Source: an uncultured Thermodesulfobacteriota bacterium
GTDB lineage: Bacteria > Desulfobacterota > B13-G15
Reading direction: 5' to 3'
Length of the DNA: 64,000 nt
Assembly (NCBI GenBank): GCA_964611295.1
Contig: CAZSWV010000003.1
Span: 6,449 to 70,448 of the forward strand
The notes under the pieces are model-generated. The model searched no databases. It was not told the DNA's origin and worked only from the letters and a program-made list of their open reading frames with translations. Shown here one piece after another: positions 48,882 through 58,400 of this stretch. Every line of letters begins with the position of its first letter. The stretch's first letter is position 1. Both the position numbers and the translations under genes were made by a program.

Positions 48882-49166
48882 CTATGTCTTTTCCCGCTCC
48901 TTTTCAGACAAAAAAGAGCAATAGGCTCTAAAGAGGGCCTCTTTGTAATCCACCTCGTAGTTTTGAGGCACGTAATTCCTCTTGGATACTTCCTCTAAGA
49001 GGGCTTCTTTTACTTCCTCCTCGTCCTTTATGCCCCTTTGCATTACGTTAAGAAAGGCCTCTTCAAGGCCTATAACTCCAACCAATACGCCTTTTATCTG
49101 GAGCATCTTTAAGTCTTCTTGAACAGCCCCCGTACAACAGGTACAGATGGGTTTATCCTTTTCCAT
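48882..49166 (-). CDS. small hypothetical protein with N-terminal CTCC (CxxC) motif, hcp-associated
   Basis: 94 aa, PICTCCTG then an acidic helical tail. Located between hcp and the E1/MOSC genes in the same orientation. Confidence 0.35.
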   Translation of the reverse strand: MEKDKPICTCCTGAVQEDLKMLQIKGVLVGVIGLEEAFLNVMQRGIKDEEEVKEALLEEVSKRNYVPQNYEVDYKEALFRAYCSFLSEKEREKT

Positions 49167-49262
49167 TGCCTCTTGCTATCTTTCATCCTACATCATCTCC
49201 TGACACATTGAAAGATGCCCTCTGCCTCCGCAACTCTCCATAGGCTTCGTAAAGGCCACACG

Positions 49263-50903
49263 TTAACTTTCCCTGGAGAGTGCCTGGGCTAGGTCCTTTA
49301 GAGGGTCTGTCACGGTCCTTATGTCGTAATCCCTCCTTAGAAGTTCAAGGACCTTAGGCGTTAAGAAGGCAGGAAGGCTTGGGCCGATCATTATCCCCTT
49401 TATACCGAGGTAAAGGAGGGTGAGCAGTATGGCCAGGGCCTTTTGCTCATACCAGGAGACGACAAGCGTCAAGGGGAGTTGGTTTACCTCTACACCCAGG
49501 GCATCTGCTAAGGCCTGGGCCACCTTTATGGCAGAGTAGGCGTCGTTGCATTGACCCATATCAAGGATACGGGGAATACCCTCTATCGTGCCTAGGTCCT
49601 CGGCAAAGAAGCGGAACTTCCCGCACGCAAGGGTCAATACCACTGTGTCTTTTGGGGCCCTGAGGACGAACTCTCGGTAATAGTCCCTTTCTTTCTTCCT
49701 GCCATCACATCCGCCTACAAGGAAAAAGTGCCTGATTTTGCCCTCGCGCACCGCATCTAGGACCTTGTCTGCTAACTCCATCACCGCGTTTCTTGCAAAA
49801 CCCACCATGACCTGTCCCTTTTCCTCCTCGGTATCAAACCCGGGTAGCTCAAAGGCCGTCTTTATGACCTCCGAGAAGTCCTCGCCTCTTACGTGTTTCA
49901 CGCCAGGGTAGCCCACAGGACCGCAGGTGAACAGCCTTCCTTTGTAGTCCTCCTTAGGCGGCACAAGGCAGTTAGTAGTCATAAGGATAGGACCAGGGAA
50001 AAGGGGGAACTCCTTCTGTTGGTTCGCCCAAGAGGTACCGTAATGGCCGTATAAGTGGCCGAACTCCTTGAGTTTGGGGTAACCATGGGCAGGAAGCATC
50101 TCACCGTGGGTGTAAACGTAAACGCCCTTGTCTGCTGTCTGACGCAAAAGTAGTTCGAGATCCCTTAGGTCGTGCCCAGAGATCAAAACGGCCTTGCCAG
50201 CCTTATGCCCCAAGGGGACCACCGTAGGCTTCGGATGACCATAAGCAGACGTATTTGCTTCGTCCAGAAGCTCCATAGTCCTCAGATTGACCTTGCCCGC
50301 CTCAAGAAGAAGTCCCAACCAGGAGGCCACATCCACCTTTTGGGGCTCAAGATAAGCGGCAAGTCCTTTGTAAAGGAAGTCATAAATGGCCTGGTCCTCC
50401 TTGCCGAGCCTCTGGGCATGATAGGCATAAGCCGCTATACCCTTAAGCGCGACAAGTAACGTGTAGCTGAGATAGAAGACCTCAGGATCCAAAACCTCTT
50501 TCCTCGTTTCCGGACTAACCCTCTTTGCCTGTTCAAGGAGCGTACCTTCATCTTGAGCCGGTACAAAGTCTACAGCCTCATGCGAGGGCACAGTCCTCGA
50601 TTTCTCTGAAAGCCTCCACTTCAACTCATCCCTATAATCTATGGTTCTCTTGAGGTATTCCCTCATACGTTCCTTGTCGAAATTCACGTTGGTCTTAGTG
50701 GAGAAAAGGGCCTCGCACAAAAAGGCGTTTATCTGATTCAAGTCAATCCCCGTTTCCCTGGCCTCCTGGAGACAAAGGGCCAATCCGCCCAGGACGTATA
50801 CCAGGAGGTCCTGAAGGTAAGCCACTTCTGGGGGTTTCCCACAGACCCCTAATTTAACACACCCTTGTCCCTTCGCCGTCTCTTCGCATTGAAGGCATAA
50901 CAT
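49263..50903 (-). CDS. hcp: hybrid cluster protein (hydroxylamine reductase / NO reductase)
   Basis: MLCLQCEETAKGQGC N-terminal cluster motif and 546 aa length. Confidence 0.85.
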   Translation of the reverse strand: MLCLQCEETAKGQGCVKLGVCGKPPEVAYLQDLLVYVLGGLALCLQEARETGIDLNQINAFLCEALFSTKTNVNFDKERMREYLKRTIDYRDELKWRLSEKSRTVPSHEAVDFVPAQDEGTLLEQAKRVSPETRKEVLDPEVFYLSYTLLVALKGIAAYAYHAQRLGKEDQAIYDFLYKGLAAYLEPQKVDVASWLGLLLEAGKVNLRTMELLDEANTSAYGHPKPTVVPLGHKAGKAVLISGHDLRDLELLLRQTADKGVYVYTHGEMLPAHGYPKLKEFGHLYGHYGTSWANQQKEFPLFPGPILMTTNCLVPPKEDYKGRLFTCGPVGYPGVKHVRGEDFSEVIKTAFELPGFDTEEEKGQVMVGFARNAVMELADKVLDAVREGKIRHFFLVGGCDGRKKERDYYREFVLRAPKDTVVLTLACGKFRFFAEDLGTIEGIPRILDMGQCNDAYSAIKVAQALADALGVEVNQLPLTLVVSWYEQKALAILLTLLYLGIKGIMIGPSLPAFLTPKVLELLRRDYDIRTVTDPLKDLAQALSRES

Positions 50904-50960
50904 CTTTCATACCTCCTTTTGTTTTTTCCTAACTATAACCCATACCCTATTTTGGAAACC

Positions 50961-50974
50961 TTGACTTAGGTCAA
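50961..50974. promoter_or_regulatory. perfect palindrome TTGAC-N4-GTCAA: candidate HcpR/FNR-type box
   Basis: TTGACTTAGGTCAA lies in the 114-bp divergent hcp/hcpR intergenic region. It is 58 bp upstream of the hcp ATG and 43 bp upstream of the hcpR ATG. Confidence 0.4.
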
Positions 50975-51017
50975 AAGCCCCCTTGTCTTGAAAATGGCTT
51001 TTTGATAGGGATGGTGT

Positions 51018-51710
51018 GTGTTTCGGGTATCAAAGGAAAAACTGCGACAGATCCCGCTTTTTTCAGGCCTGAGCGATGAGGACCTTGAGGCCCTTTCCGA
51101 AACTTTTCTCTTTAAATCCTTCAGGCCCAAAGAGGTCATCTTCTATGAAGGGGAGGAAGGGCATGGATTCTTTGTGGTCCTTCGGGGTTTAGTTGAGGTC
51201 TTTAAGCTTTCAAGCGAAGGCAAAAAGCAGATCTTACATATCCTTGGTCCTGGAGAGCCTTTCGGTGAAGCAGCCGTGTTCGAGGGGGGGAAGTTCCCTG
51301 CCCATGCTTTGTCTTTGAGACAAAGCGAAGTCCTTTATTTCCCCAAGGAAAGTTTTTTAAAGCTCGTCAGGGAGAGGCCTGAAATCGCTCTGAGGATGCT
51401 TGCTGTAATGGCCCGTAGGCTTAAGGAGATGGTGTCTCTGGTTGAGGACCTGTCGCTGAAGGAGGTAACAGCACGTCTTGCTAGCTTCCTCTTTTACGCC
51501 TATCAGAGGGAGGGGAAAAAGGACTTACACCTTGAGTTCTCTAAGACCCAACTGGCAGGGCTTTTGGGTACGGTCCCGGAGACCTTGTCCCGCGCCTTGA
51601 AACGTCTAAGCGAAGAGGGCCTAATTTCAGTTGAACCCAAGAGGATCGTGGTCAAGGACCCCTTGGGGTTACTAAAAAGAGGTACGGGAGATCTCGAGGC
51701 GTTTTTTTGA
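51018..51710 (+). CDS. hcpR: Crp/Fnr-family transcriptional regulator, HcpR-like
   Basis: cNMP-binding beta-barrel plus C-terminal HTH (TQLAGLLGTVPETLSRALKRL). Divergent from hcp. Confidence 0.75.
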   Translation: MFRVSKEKLRQIPLFSGLSDEDLEALSETFLFKSFRPKEVIFYEGEEGHGFFVVLRGLVEVFKLSSEGKKQILHILGPGEPFGEAAVFEGGKFPAHALSLRQSEVLYFPKESFLKLVRERPEIALRMLAVMARRLKEMVSLVEDLSLKEVTARLASFLFYAYQREGKKDLHLEFSKTQLAGLLGTVPETLSRALKRLSEEGLISVEPKRIVVKDPLGLLKRGTGDLEAFF

Positions 51711-53197
51711 AGGAGAGGGACCAAAAGGAAAAAATCGGCCTCAAGGGAAAGGAATGGACCTTTTGGGCACTCCTTGGGGGAGTGTCCTTATGGCTAGTCC
51801 TATATTTATATGTAACCCCTTATGACCTTTCACCTGACGAGGCCTATTATTGGACCTGGTCGAAAAGGCTGGCCTGGGGTTATTACAGCAAACCCCCTCT
51901 TGTAGCCCTGATAATTTGGGCGACCACTTCCTTAGGGGGAGACACCCCCTTCTTTGTGAGGCTTGGGGCACCCTTGCTTTGGACCATAACGGCCTTTGCC
52001 CTTTACAGACTCTCACAGGGCCTCCTCGGCCCAAAATCCGCCATTAGGGCCTTTTTGCTAGGGCTTTTCACTCTCTGGACACCTTTAGGGGGATTTCTCA
52101 TGACCATCGACCCGCCTCTTATGGCCTTTTGGGGACTTACGCTCCTTTTCCTCTTCAGGGCCTTACAGGGTAACCGACCTTACTGGTATCTCGGAGGGGT
52201 GACCTTAGGACTTGGGCTCCTTAGCAAATACACCATGGCCCTTCTCCCTTTGTCCTTTTTCCTTTACCTCTTGAGCTATAAATCCCAGAGACCTTGGCTT
52301 AAGCGGAAAGAACCTTACCTGTTCCTCCTAATAGCCTTCATCTTCTTTTTCCCCCATCTCCTATGGGAGTGGAGGCACGGTCTTATCGCCTTTAAACACA
52401 CAGCCTCCTTAGTCTCCAAAAAAGGAGAAGACCTGCGGCATCTTTGGGAGTTCCTGGGAGGACAGGCCCTACTCCTTACACCCTTGACCTTTTTGTTGGT
52501 ACAGCTCGGGTCAGCCTTTGGCCTGAAAAAGGCCCTTTTGGGTGATGAACGATACGGTTTTCTCCTTTTCCCCTATCTTTTCCCCTTTGGAATATGCCTA
52601 CTTTTGAGCCTAAAGGGTCCGTGTTACGCGAATTGGCCAGCCCCAGCTTACTTGAGCGGACTCATAATGGCACAGGCGGCCCTTGAGGACCTGGGACTTC
52701 GCCCAAAGGTGAGGGAGATCCTTTACCGAACAGCCTTAGGGGTCGGTGCCCTCTTTTTGGCCCTCTCTTACAGCCTTGAGGCCTTCAAACCCCTCCTTCC
52801 AAAAGGGGTAAATCCCACCTCCAAGGTCACCGGGTGGAAAGAGCTTGGGGCAGAGGTCATGTCCCTTATGACCTCCTTTGAGAAGGAGCCCTTTTTGCTT
52901 TCTCCAGACAGGAAGATAGCCTCAGAGCTTGCCTTTTACGCCAAGGCCTTCCCCAGGACCTATGCCTTCAACCCCTCGAAAGTCCCTAGTAGCCAATTCG
53001 ACCTATGGGGAGGCCTTGAAGGGGAAAAGGGGGAAAATGCCATCGTAGTCCTCAAGGAGGGCAAGGAACTACCACAAGCCTTACGGGAAGCCTTTGAGAG
53101 TTGTAAGCTCTATAAGGACTTTTACGTCTTCCAAGGGGGTGAAAGGACTGTGGGTTTCCGGATCTTCGTATGTCATAACCTTCAAGGTGACCTGTAG
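51707..53197 (+). CDS. glycosyltransferase family 39 (ArnT/PMT-like) membrane protein
   Basis: Polytopic N-terminal half with DEAYYW motif region (SPDEAYYWTWSKRLAWGYYSKPPL). Confidence 0.65.
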   Translation: MKERDQKEKIGLKGKEWTFWALLGGVSLWLVLYLYVTPYDLSPDEAYYWTWSKRLAWGYYSKPPLVALIIWATTSLGGDTPFFVRLGAPLLWTITAFALYRLSQGLLGPKSAIRAFLLGLFTLWTPLGGFLMTIDPPLMAFWGLTLLFLFRALQGNRPYWYLGGVTLGLGLLSKYTMALLPLSFFLYLLSYKSQRPWLKRKEPYLFLLIAFIFFFPHLLWEWRHGLIAFKHTASLVSKKGEDLRHLWEFLGGQALLLTPLTFLLVQLGSAFGLKKALLGDERYGFLLFPYLFPFGICLLLSLKGPCYANWPAPAYLSGLIMAQAALEDLGLRPKVREILYRTALGVGALFLALSYSLEAFKPLLPKGVNPTSKVTGWKELGAEVMSLMTSFEKEPFLLSPDRKIASELAFYAKAFPRTYAFNPSKVPSSQFDLWGGLEGEKGENAIVVLKEGKELPQALREAFESCKLYKDFYVFQGGERTVGFRIFVCHNLQGDL

Positions 53198-53820
53198 AGA
53201 CCCCTTTTGAGGATGTGTTCTTCTACAGGTGCGGGAACGAGGTATTTTATGGATTTACCTGTCTTTACTAATTCCCTTATCTGGGTGGCAGAGACCTTAA
53301 TGGAGGTAACTGGGATCAAGAACAAAGGGACGCCTTTTTGGGAAAGGTAGAGAGACGGACCATTGGGTTCAAAGCCCAGTTCCTTTAGGAACCCCTGGAG
53401 GTCTTCATCGGTCCTTTTCATCACCACAAAAGGGCACAGCCCCAATAACACGTCCCATTCCTTCCACGTCTTAATGGCCCTGAAGGCGTCTTCTCCAATG
53501 ATGAAGCAAAGTCGCTTGCCGTAAACAAGCAGGAGTTCCCTTATAGTGTCCACGGTGTAGGAAAACCCCTCCCTGTTGAGTTCTACGTCGCTTGCCTCAA
53601 AATAGGGGTTGCCTTCAAGGGCTTTTAGGAGCATATGCCAACGGTCCTCTGCAGGGGCGTGGGCTAATCCGCCTTTGTGGGGCGGACGGGCCGAGAGGAC
53701 AAATAGGACCTTTTTCAACCCTAGGGCTTCCCTCACCTCTTCGACTGCCCTGAGGTGTCCGATGTGAATAGGGTCAAAGGTCCCTCCGAAGACGCCTATC
53801 TCAAGTCCTGATCTGCCCAT
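53182..53820 (-). CDS. nadD: nicotinate-nucleotide adenylyltransferase
   Basis: [14 protein letters not shown] (H/T)xGH motif; SATQIR (ISSTxxR). Confidence 0.8.
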   Translation of the reverse strand: MGRSGLEIGVFGGTFDPIHIGHLRAVEEVREALGLKKVLFVLSARPPHKGGLAHAPAEDRWHMLLKALEGNPYFEASDVELNREGFSYTVDTIRELLLVYGKRLCFIIGEDAFRAIKTWKEWDVLLGLCPFVVMKRTDEDLQGFLKELGFEPNGPSLYLSQKGVPLFLIPVTSIKVSATQIRELVKTGKSIKYLVPAPVEEHILKRGLYRSP

Positions 53821-55057
53821 CGCCGTAAACGATGTATTTGGTGGTGGTCAGGTCCTCTGCCCCCATAGGACCGAAAGCATGGAGTTTAGTGGTACTTATC
53901 CCTATTTCGGCCCCAAGGCCGAACTGATAACCGTCACTGAAGCGAGTAGAGGCGTTCACCAAGACCGTAGAGGAATCTACCTCCCTTATGAACCTCTGGG
54001 CGTTACGGTAATCAGAGGTGATGATGGCGTCGGTGTGTTTAGAACCGTAACGTAGGATGTGATCGATGGCCTCATCTATGCTGTCTACAACCCTTACTGC
54101 CAAGATAAGGTCAAGGTACTCGGCATACCAATCCTCCTCTGTGGCCTCCTTCGCCCATGGGAGGATCTCCCTTGTCCTCGGACAACCCCTGAGTTCGACC
54201 CCTGCCTCACGGAACTTCTCCCCCATAACGGGTAAGAAGACAGGGGCTATGTCCTTGTGGACCAAAAGGGTCTCCATGGCGTTACAGACACCTGGCCTCT
54301 GCACCTTGGCGTTGAAGCATACTTCAAGAGCCATCTTCAGGTCTGCTGAGGCATCCACGAATATATGGCATACGCCCTTGTAATGCTTTATGACGGGTAT
54401 CCTCGAATTCTCCGTGACAAACCTTATCAACTCTTCACCACCGCGAGGGATTATGAGGTCGATGTAGTCTTCCAGTTTCAACATCTCCCTTACCGCTTCC
54501 CTGTCGGTGAAGGGGACTACTTGGACGGCCTCCTTCGGTATCCCTGAGGCCTCAAGGGCTTCTTGTATGACTTTGGCTATGGCGAGGTTTGAATTTATGG
54601 CCTCTGAGCCCCCACGCAATATAACGGCATTGCCTGCCTTAAGACAGAGGCCTGCTGCATCCGAGGTCACGTTGGGCCTTGATTCATAGATGACCCCAAT
54701 GACCCCTAAGGGGATCCTCATCTTGCCCACCCAAAGCCCGTTCGGCCTCCTCCACATCTTCACCACTTCCCCTACGGGATCGGGCTGTGCAGCTATCTCC
54801 CTCAAGCTCTGAGCCATCCCTTCGATTACCTTCTCTGTGAGCGTCAAGCGGTCAATCATGGCACGCGACAGCCCTTTCCTTTGGGCGTATTCCAAGTCCT
54901 TTTTGTTCTCCTCCATCAGGTAAGTAGCGGCCTTCAACAGCCCCTCAGCCATCTTAAGGAGTGCTTGGTCCTTCACGGCCGAAGAAAGGGTGGCAAGCTT
55001 TGGTGCTACAGCCTTTGCTGCCTTGGCCATCTTTAAGATTTCTTCCCTTAGGTCCAT
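53801..55057 (-). CDS. proA: glutamate-5-semialdehyde dehydrogenase (gamma-glutamyl phosphate reductase)
   Basis: 418 aa with an ALDH-fold ProA pattern. Overlaps nadD by 20 nt. Confidence 0.85.
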   Translation of the reverse strand: MDLREEILKMAKAAKAVAPKLATLSSAVKDQALLKMAEGLLKAATYLMEENKKDLEYAQRKGLSRAMIDRLTLTEKVIEGMAQSLREIAAQPDPVGEVVKMWRRPNGLWVGKMRIPLGVIGVIYESRPNVTSDAAGLCLKAGNAVILRGGSEAINSNLAIAKVIQEALEASGIPKEAVQVVPFTDREAVREMLKLEDYIDLIIPRGGEELIRFVTENSRIPVIKHYKGVCHIFVDASADLKMALEVCFNAKVQRPGVCNAMETLLVHKDIAPVFLPVMGEKFREAGVELRGCPRTREILPWAKEATEEDWYAEYLDLILAVRVVDSIDEAIDHILRYGSKHTDAIITSDYRNAQRFIREVDSSTVLVNASTRFSDGYQFGLGAEIGISTTKLHAFGPMGAEDLTTTKYIVYGDGQIRT

Positions 55058-55128
55058 AAGAACCCTCCTCCCCTTGGGTCTATGGCAATCGAAATACCAC
55101 TTGGGGCTTTTTTTCGCAAGCAGAACCG

Positions 55129-55413
55129 CTAAGGGGCCTCAGGCCTTTGTCGCCGGAGCCGCACCTCTACAAGGTTTTCGGGATCGGGACATTGCACGAC
55201 CACTTCGTCTCCCTCCCACCAAGGCATCGATCCCCCAAATTGCAAGGTCGCAAGGGTGGGGAAGATGGCATGATAGAAGAAACCGCAAAGCCCCCCAGGG
55301 TTGTGACAACTTATTTCGAACTTTTCTCCCACATGATGGCCGGCGCTACAGTTTCCCCTAACGGAAATGACTTCCGCTATGACCTTATATCCTATCCCTG
55401 GATCTCTTGCCAT
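55129..55413 (-). CDS. TIGR04076-family small protein
   Basis: 94 aa. [17 protein letters not shown]...[17 protein letters not shown] matches my recollection of the TIGR04076 Cys/His pattern. Confidence 0.5.
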   Translation of the reverse strand: MARDPGIGYKVIAEVISVRGNCSAGHHVGEKFEISCHNPGGLCGFFYHAIFPTLATLQFGGSMPWWEGDEVVVQCPDPENLVEVRLRRQRPEAP

Positions 55414-55495
55414 GGCTTCCTCCTTGGTTTAAAGGGATAGCTGCTCTATTATAATAGGGTATTATACAAGGCCTTACATCAGGGGAGGAAAAAGG

Positions 55496-58400
55496 ATGGG
55501 TCGGTTCTTCATAGGTGTGGATATCGGTTCCGTTAGTGCCAACACCGTGGTGATGGACGAAGCCCTTGAGGTGCTCGAAGAACATTACGACAGGATAAAG
55601 GGAAGGCCCCTTGAGGTCGTAAAGGGGAGACTTGAGGAGATCTTGAGCCGAATACCCCTTGAGGAGATCTCCGGCCTTGCCTTCACTGGGAAAGGCAGCA
55701 AGCTTTTGGCTGAGATCCTTGAAGCACCCTTTTACAACGAGGTAATAGCCCAAACCAAAGCCGTGGAACGGTTTTATCCGGAGGCACGCACCATTATAGA
55801 CATCGGGGGTCAGGACTCTAAGTTCATTTTATTAGAACAAGAAGGGGGCAAACTCAGGATAAAGGACTTTGGTATGAACACCCTGTGTGCCGCAGGAACC
55901 GGCAGCTTCTTGGACCAACAGGCGAGCCGTCTCGGGTTGACCATCGAGGAGTTTTCGCTCCTTGCACTGAAGTCCAAGAACCCGCCTCGTATCGCAGGTC
56001 GTTGTAGCGTTTTTGCCAAAAGTGACATGATCCACTTACAACAGATAGCTACTCCGGACTACGACATAGTAGCCGGGCTCTGTTATGCCCTTGCACGTAA
56101 CTTTAAGAGCAACATAGCAAGGGGGGCAGAACTCAGGCCTGTGGTGGTCTTCCAAGGAGGGGTAGCAGCCAATTTGGGCATGCGAAAGGCCCTAAAGGAG
56201 GTCCTTGAGCTTGAGGACCACGAGTTCCTTGTACCTACCCATTTTGCCTCAATGGGGGCAATAGGCGCAGTGCTTTTGGCCCTTGAAGAAGGGGCGATGA
56301 GGGGTCTTGGAGGTCTTAAACCCCTTGAGACCTTCCTCAGCTCTTATAAACAGGAGTACAGCTCCTGGGAACCCCTAAGCCTAAGCGAATCGCACCTTAA
56401 ACCAAAGGCCCATGTTTGGGTCTCAAAACCCGAAGTGGGCAAGAAGATCCCAGCCTACCTCGGTATAGATGTGGGGTCCATATCCACCAACTTGGTGGTG
56501 ATAGACGAACAAGGGAGGGTCCTCGCGAAGCGTTACCTCATGACAGCGGGAAGGCCCTTGGAAGCGGTGCGCCAAGGTTTAAAGGAGATAGGCGAAGAGA
56601 TAGGCCACCTCGTGGAGATAAAAGGGGTGGGGACCACTGGTTCAGGGCGCTACCTCACAGGGGACTTCGTGGGGGCTGATGTGGTGAGGAACGAGATCAC
56701 CGCACAGGCGACAGCTGCCATCCACATAGACCCAGAGGTAGACACCATTTTCGAGATAGGGGGACAGGACTCCAAATACATAAGCATCGACCGCGGGGTG
56801 ATAGTGGACTTTGAGATGAACAAGGTTTGCGCAGCCGGAACCGGCAGTTTCCTTGAGGAACAGGCCGAAAGGCTGGGCCTTGACGTGAAATCCAATTTCC
56901 AGGAATTGGCCCTTAAGGCCCCTGCGCCGGTGAAGATGGGGGACCGTTGTACTGTCTTCATCGAATCAGACCTCATACACCACCAACAGCGCGGGGCAAG
57001 GTTAGACGACCTCGTGGCTGGTCTCTGCTATTCCATCGTGCTGAACTACTTGAACAAGGTAGTTGGTGACAGGAGGATCGGCCAGAAGATCTTCTTCCAA
57101 GGAGGAACCGCCTTCAACAAAGGGGTGGTGGCGGCCTTCGAGAAGGTCTTGGGACGTCCCATTACGGTACCTCCACATCATGAGGTCACTGGAGCGATAG
57201 GGGCTGCCCTTTTGGCCATGAAGGAAAGGACCTGGGAGAAATCCAACTTCAAGGGTTTTGACCTCTCGAACCGCCGCTATGAGATAAACACCTTCGAATG
57301 CAAAGGTTGCCCCAATATGTGCCTGATCAGGAAGGTCACCATTGAAGGCGAGAGGGATCCTCTATATTACGGGAGCCGTTGTGAAAAGTACGATGTGTTG
57401 AGGCGGCGTAAGAAGTCAGAGATACCTGACCTATTCCGTGAAAGGGAGAGGTTGCTTTTGGCCCCCTACCCTGGAGAAGATAGGCTTCCGGAGGAGGCCC
57501 CTCAGGTAGGGATACCAAGGTGTTTGGCCTTCATGGAACTTTTGCCCTTTTTTAAGGCCTTTTTCACAGAACTTGGATTCAAAGTGGTCCTTTCGGACAG
57601 GACTAACAAAGAACTCATACGCCAAGGGGTGGAGGCCGTGGTGGCCGAAACCTGTTTCCCCGTCAAGGTGGGTCACGGCCATGTGTTAAACCTCCTTCAG
57701 AAGGGGCTTAAACGGATCTTTGTCCCGAGCATCGTGGGGATGCCCAAGTTCCACCCAGATATGGAGCACTCGCAAAACTGCCCGTATGTACAATCCTTCC
57801 CCTATGTGATCAGGTCAGCCATTCCCTTTGAGGACTATGGGGTGGAGTTGCTTAGCCCGGTGGTGCCCTTCGGGTGGGGCGAAAAAGAAGTAGAGGAGGC
57901 CCTGATAGAATTCGGATGCTCCCTGGGCAAAAGCCCTTCAGAGGTTAGATGGGCCCTAAGGTGCGCATGGGATTTCTACCAGAGGTTCCTCAAGGCCTGC
58001 AAGGCCAAGGGGCGTGAGGTTTTGGAAGAGCTGAAGGGTTGGGAAAGGGCCATGGTGATAGTGGGAAGGCCTTACAACACCTGTGATCCAGAGGTAAGCC
58101 TTGAGATACCCAAGAAGCTGAGGGAGATGGGCGTTTTGGCAATCCCCATGGACTTTTTGCCTTTGGAAGAAAAGGCGAACAGGGAGGGTGTGAAGGAGAT
58201 GTACTGGCGCTATGGCCAGAGGATCCTGGCCTGTGCCCATTTCATCCGGGAGGACAAGAGGCTATACCCCATTTACATATCCAACTTCGGCTGTGGTCCT
58301 GACTCCTTTATCATCCACTTCTTTAGGGAGATAATGGGCGACAAACCCGCCTTGATCTTAGAGATAGATGAACACAGCGCAGATGCAGGGATTATAACGA

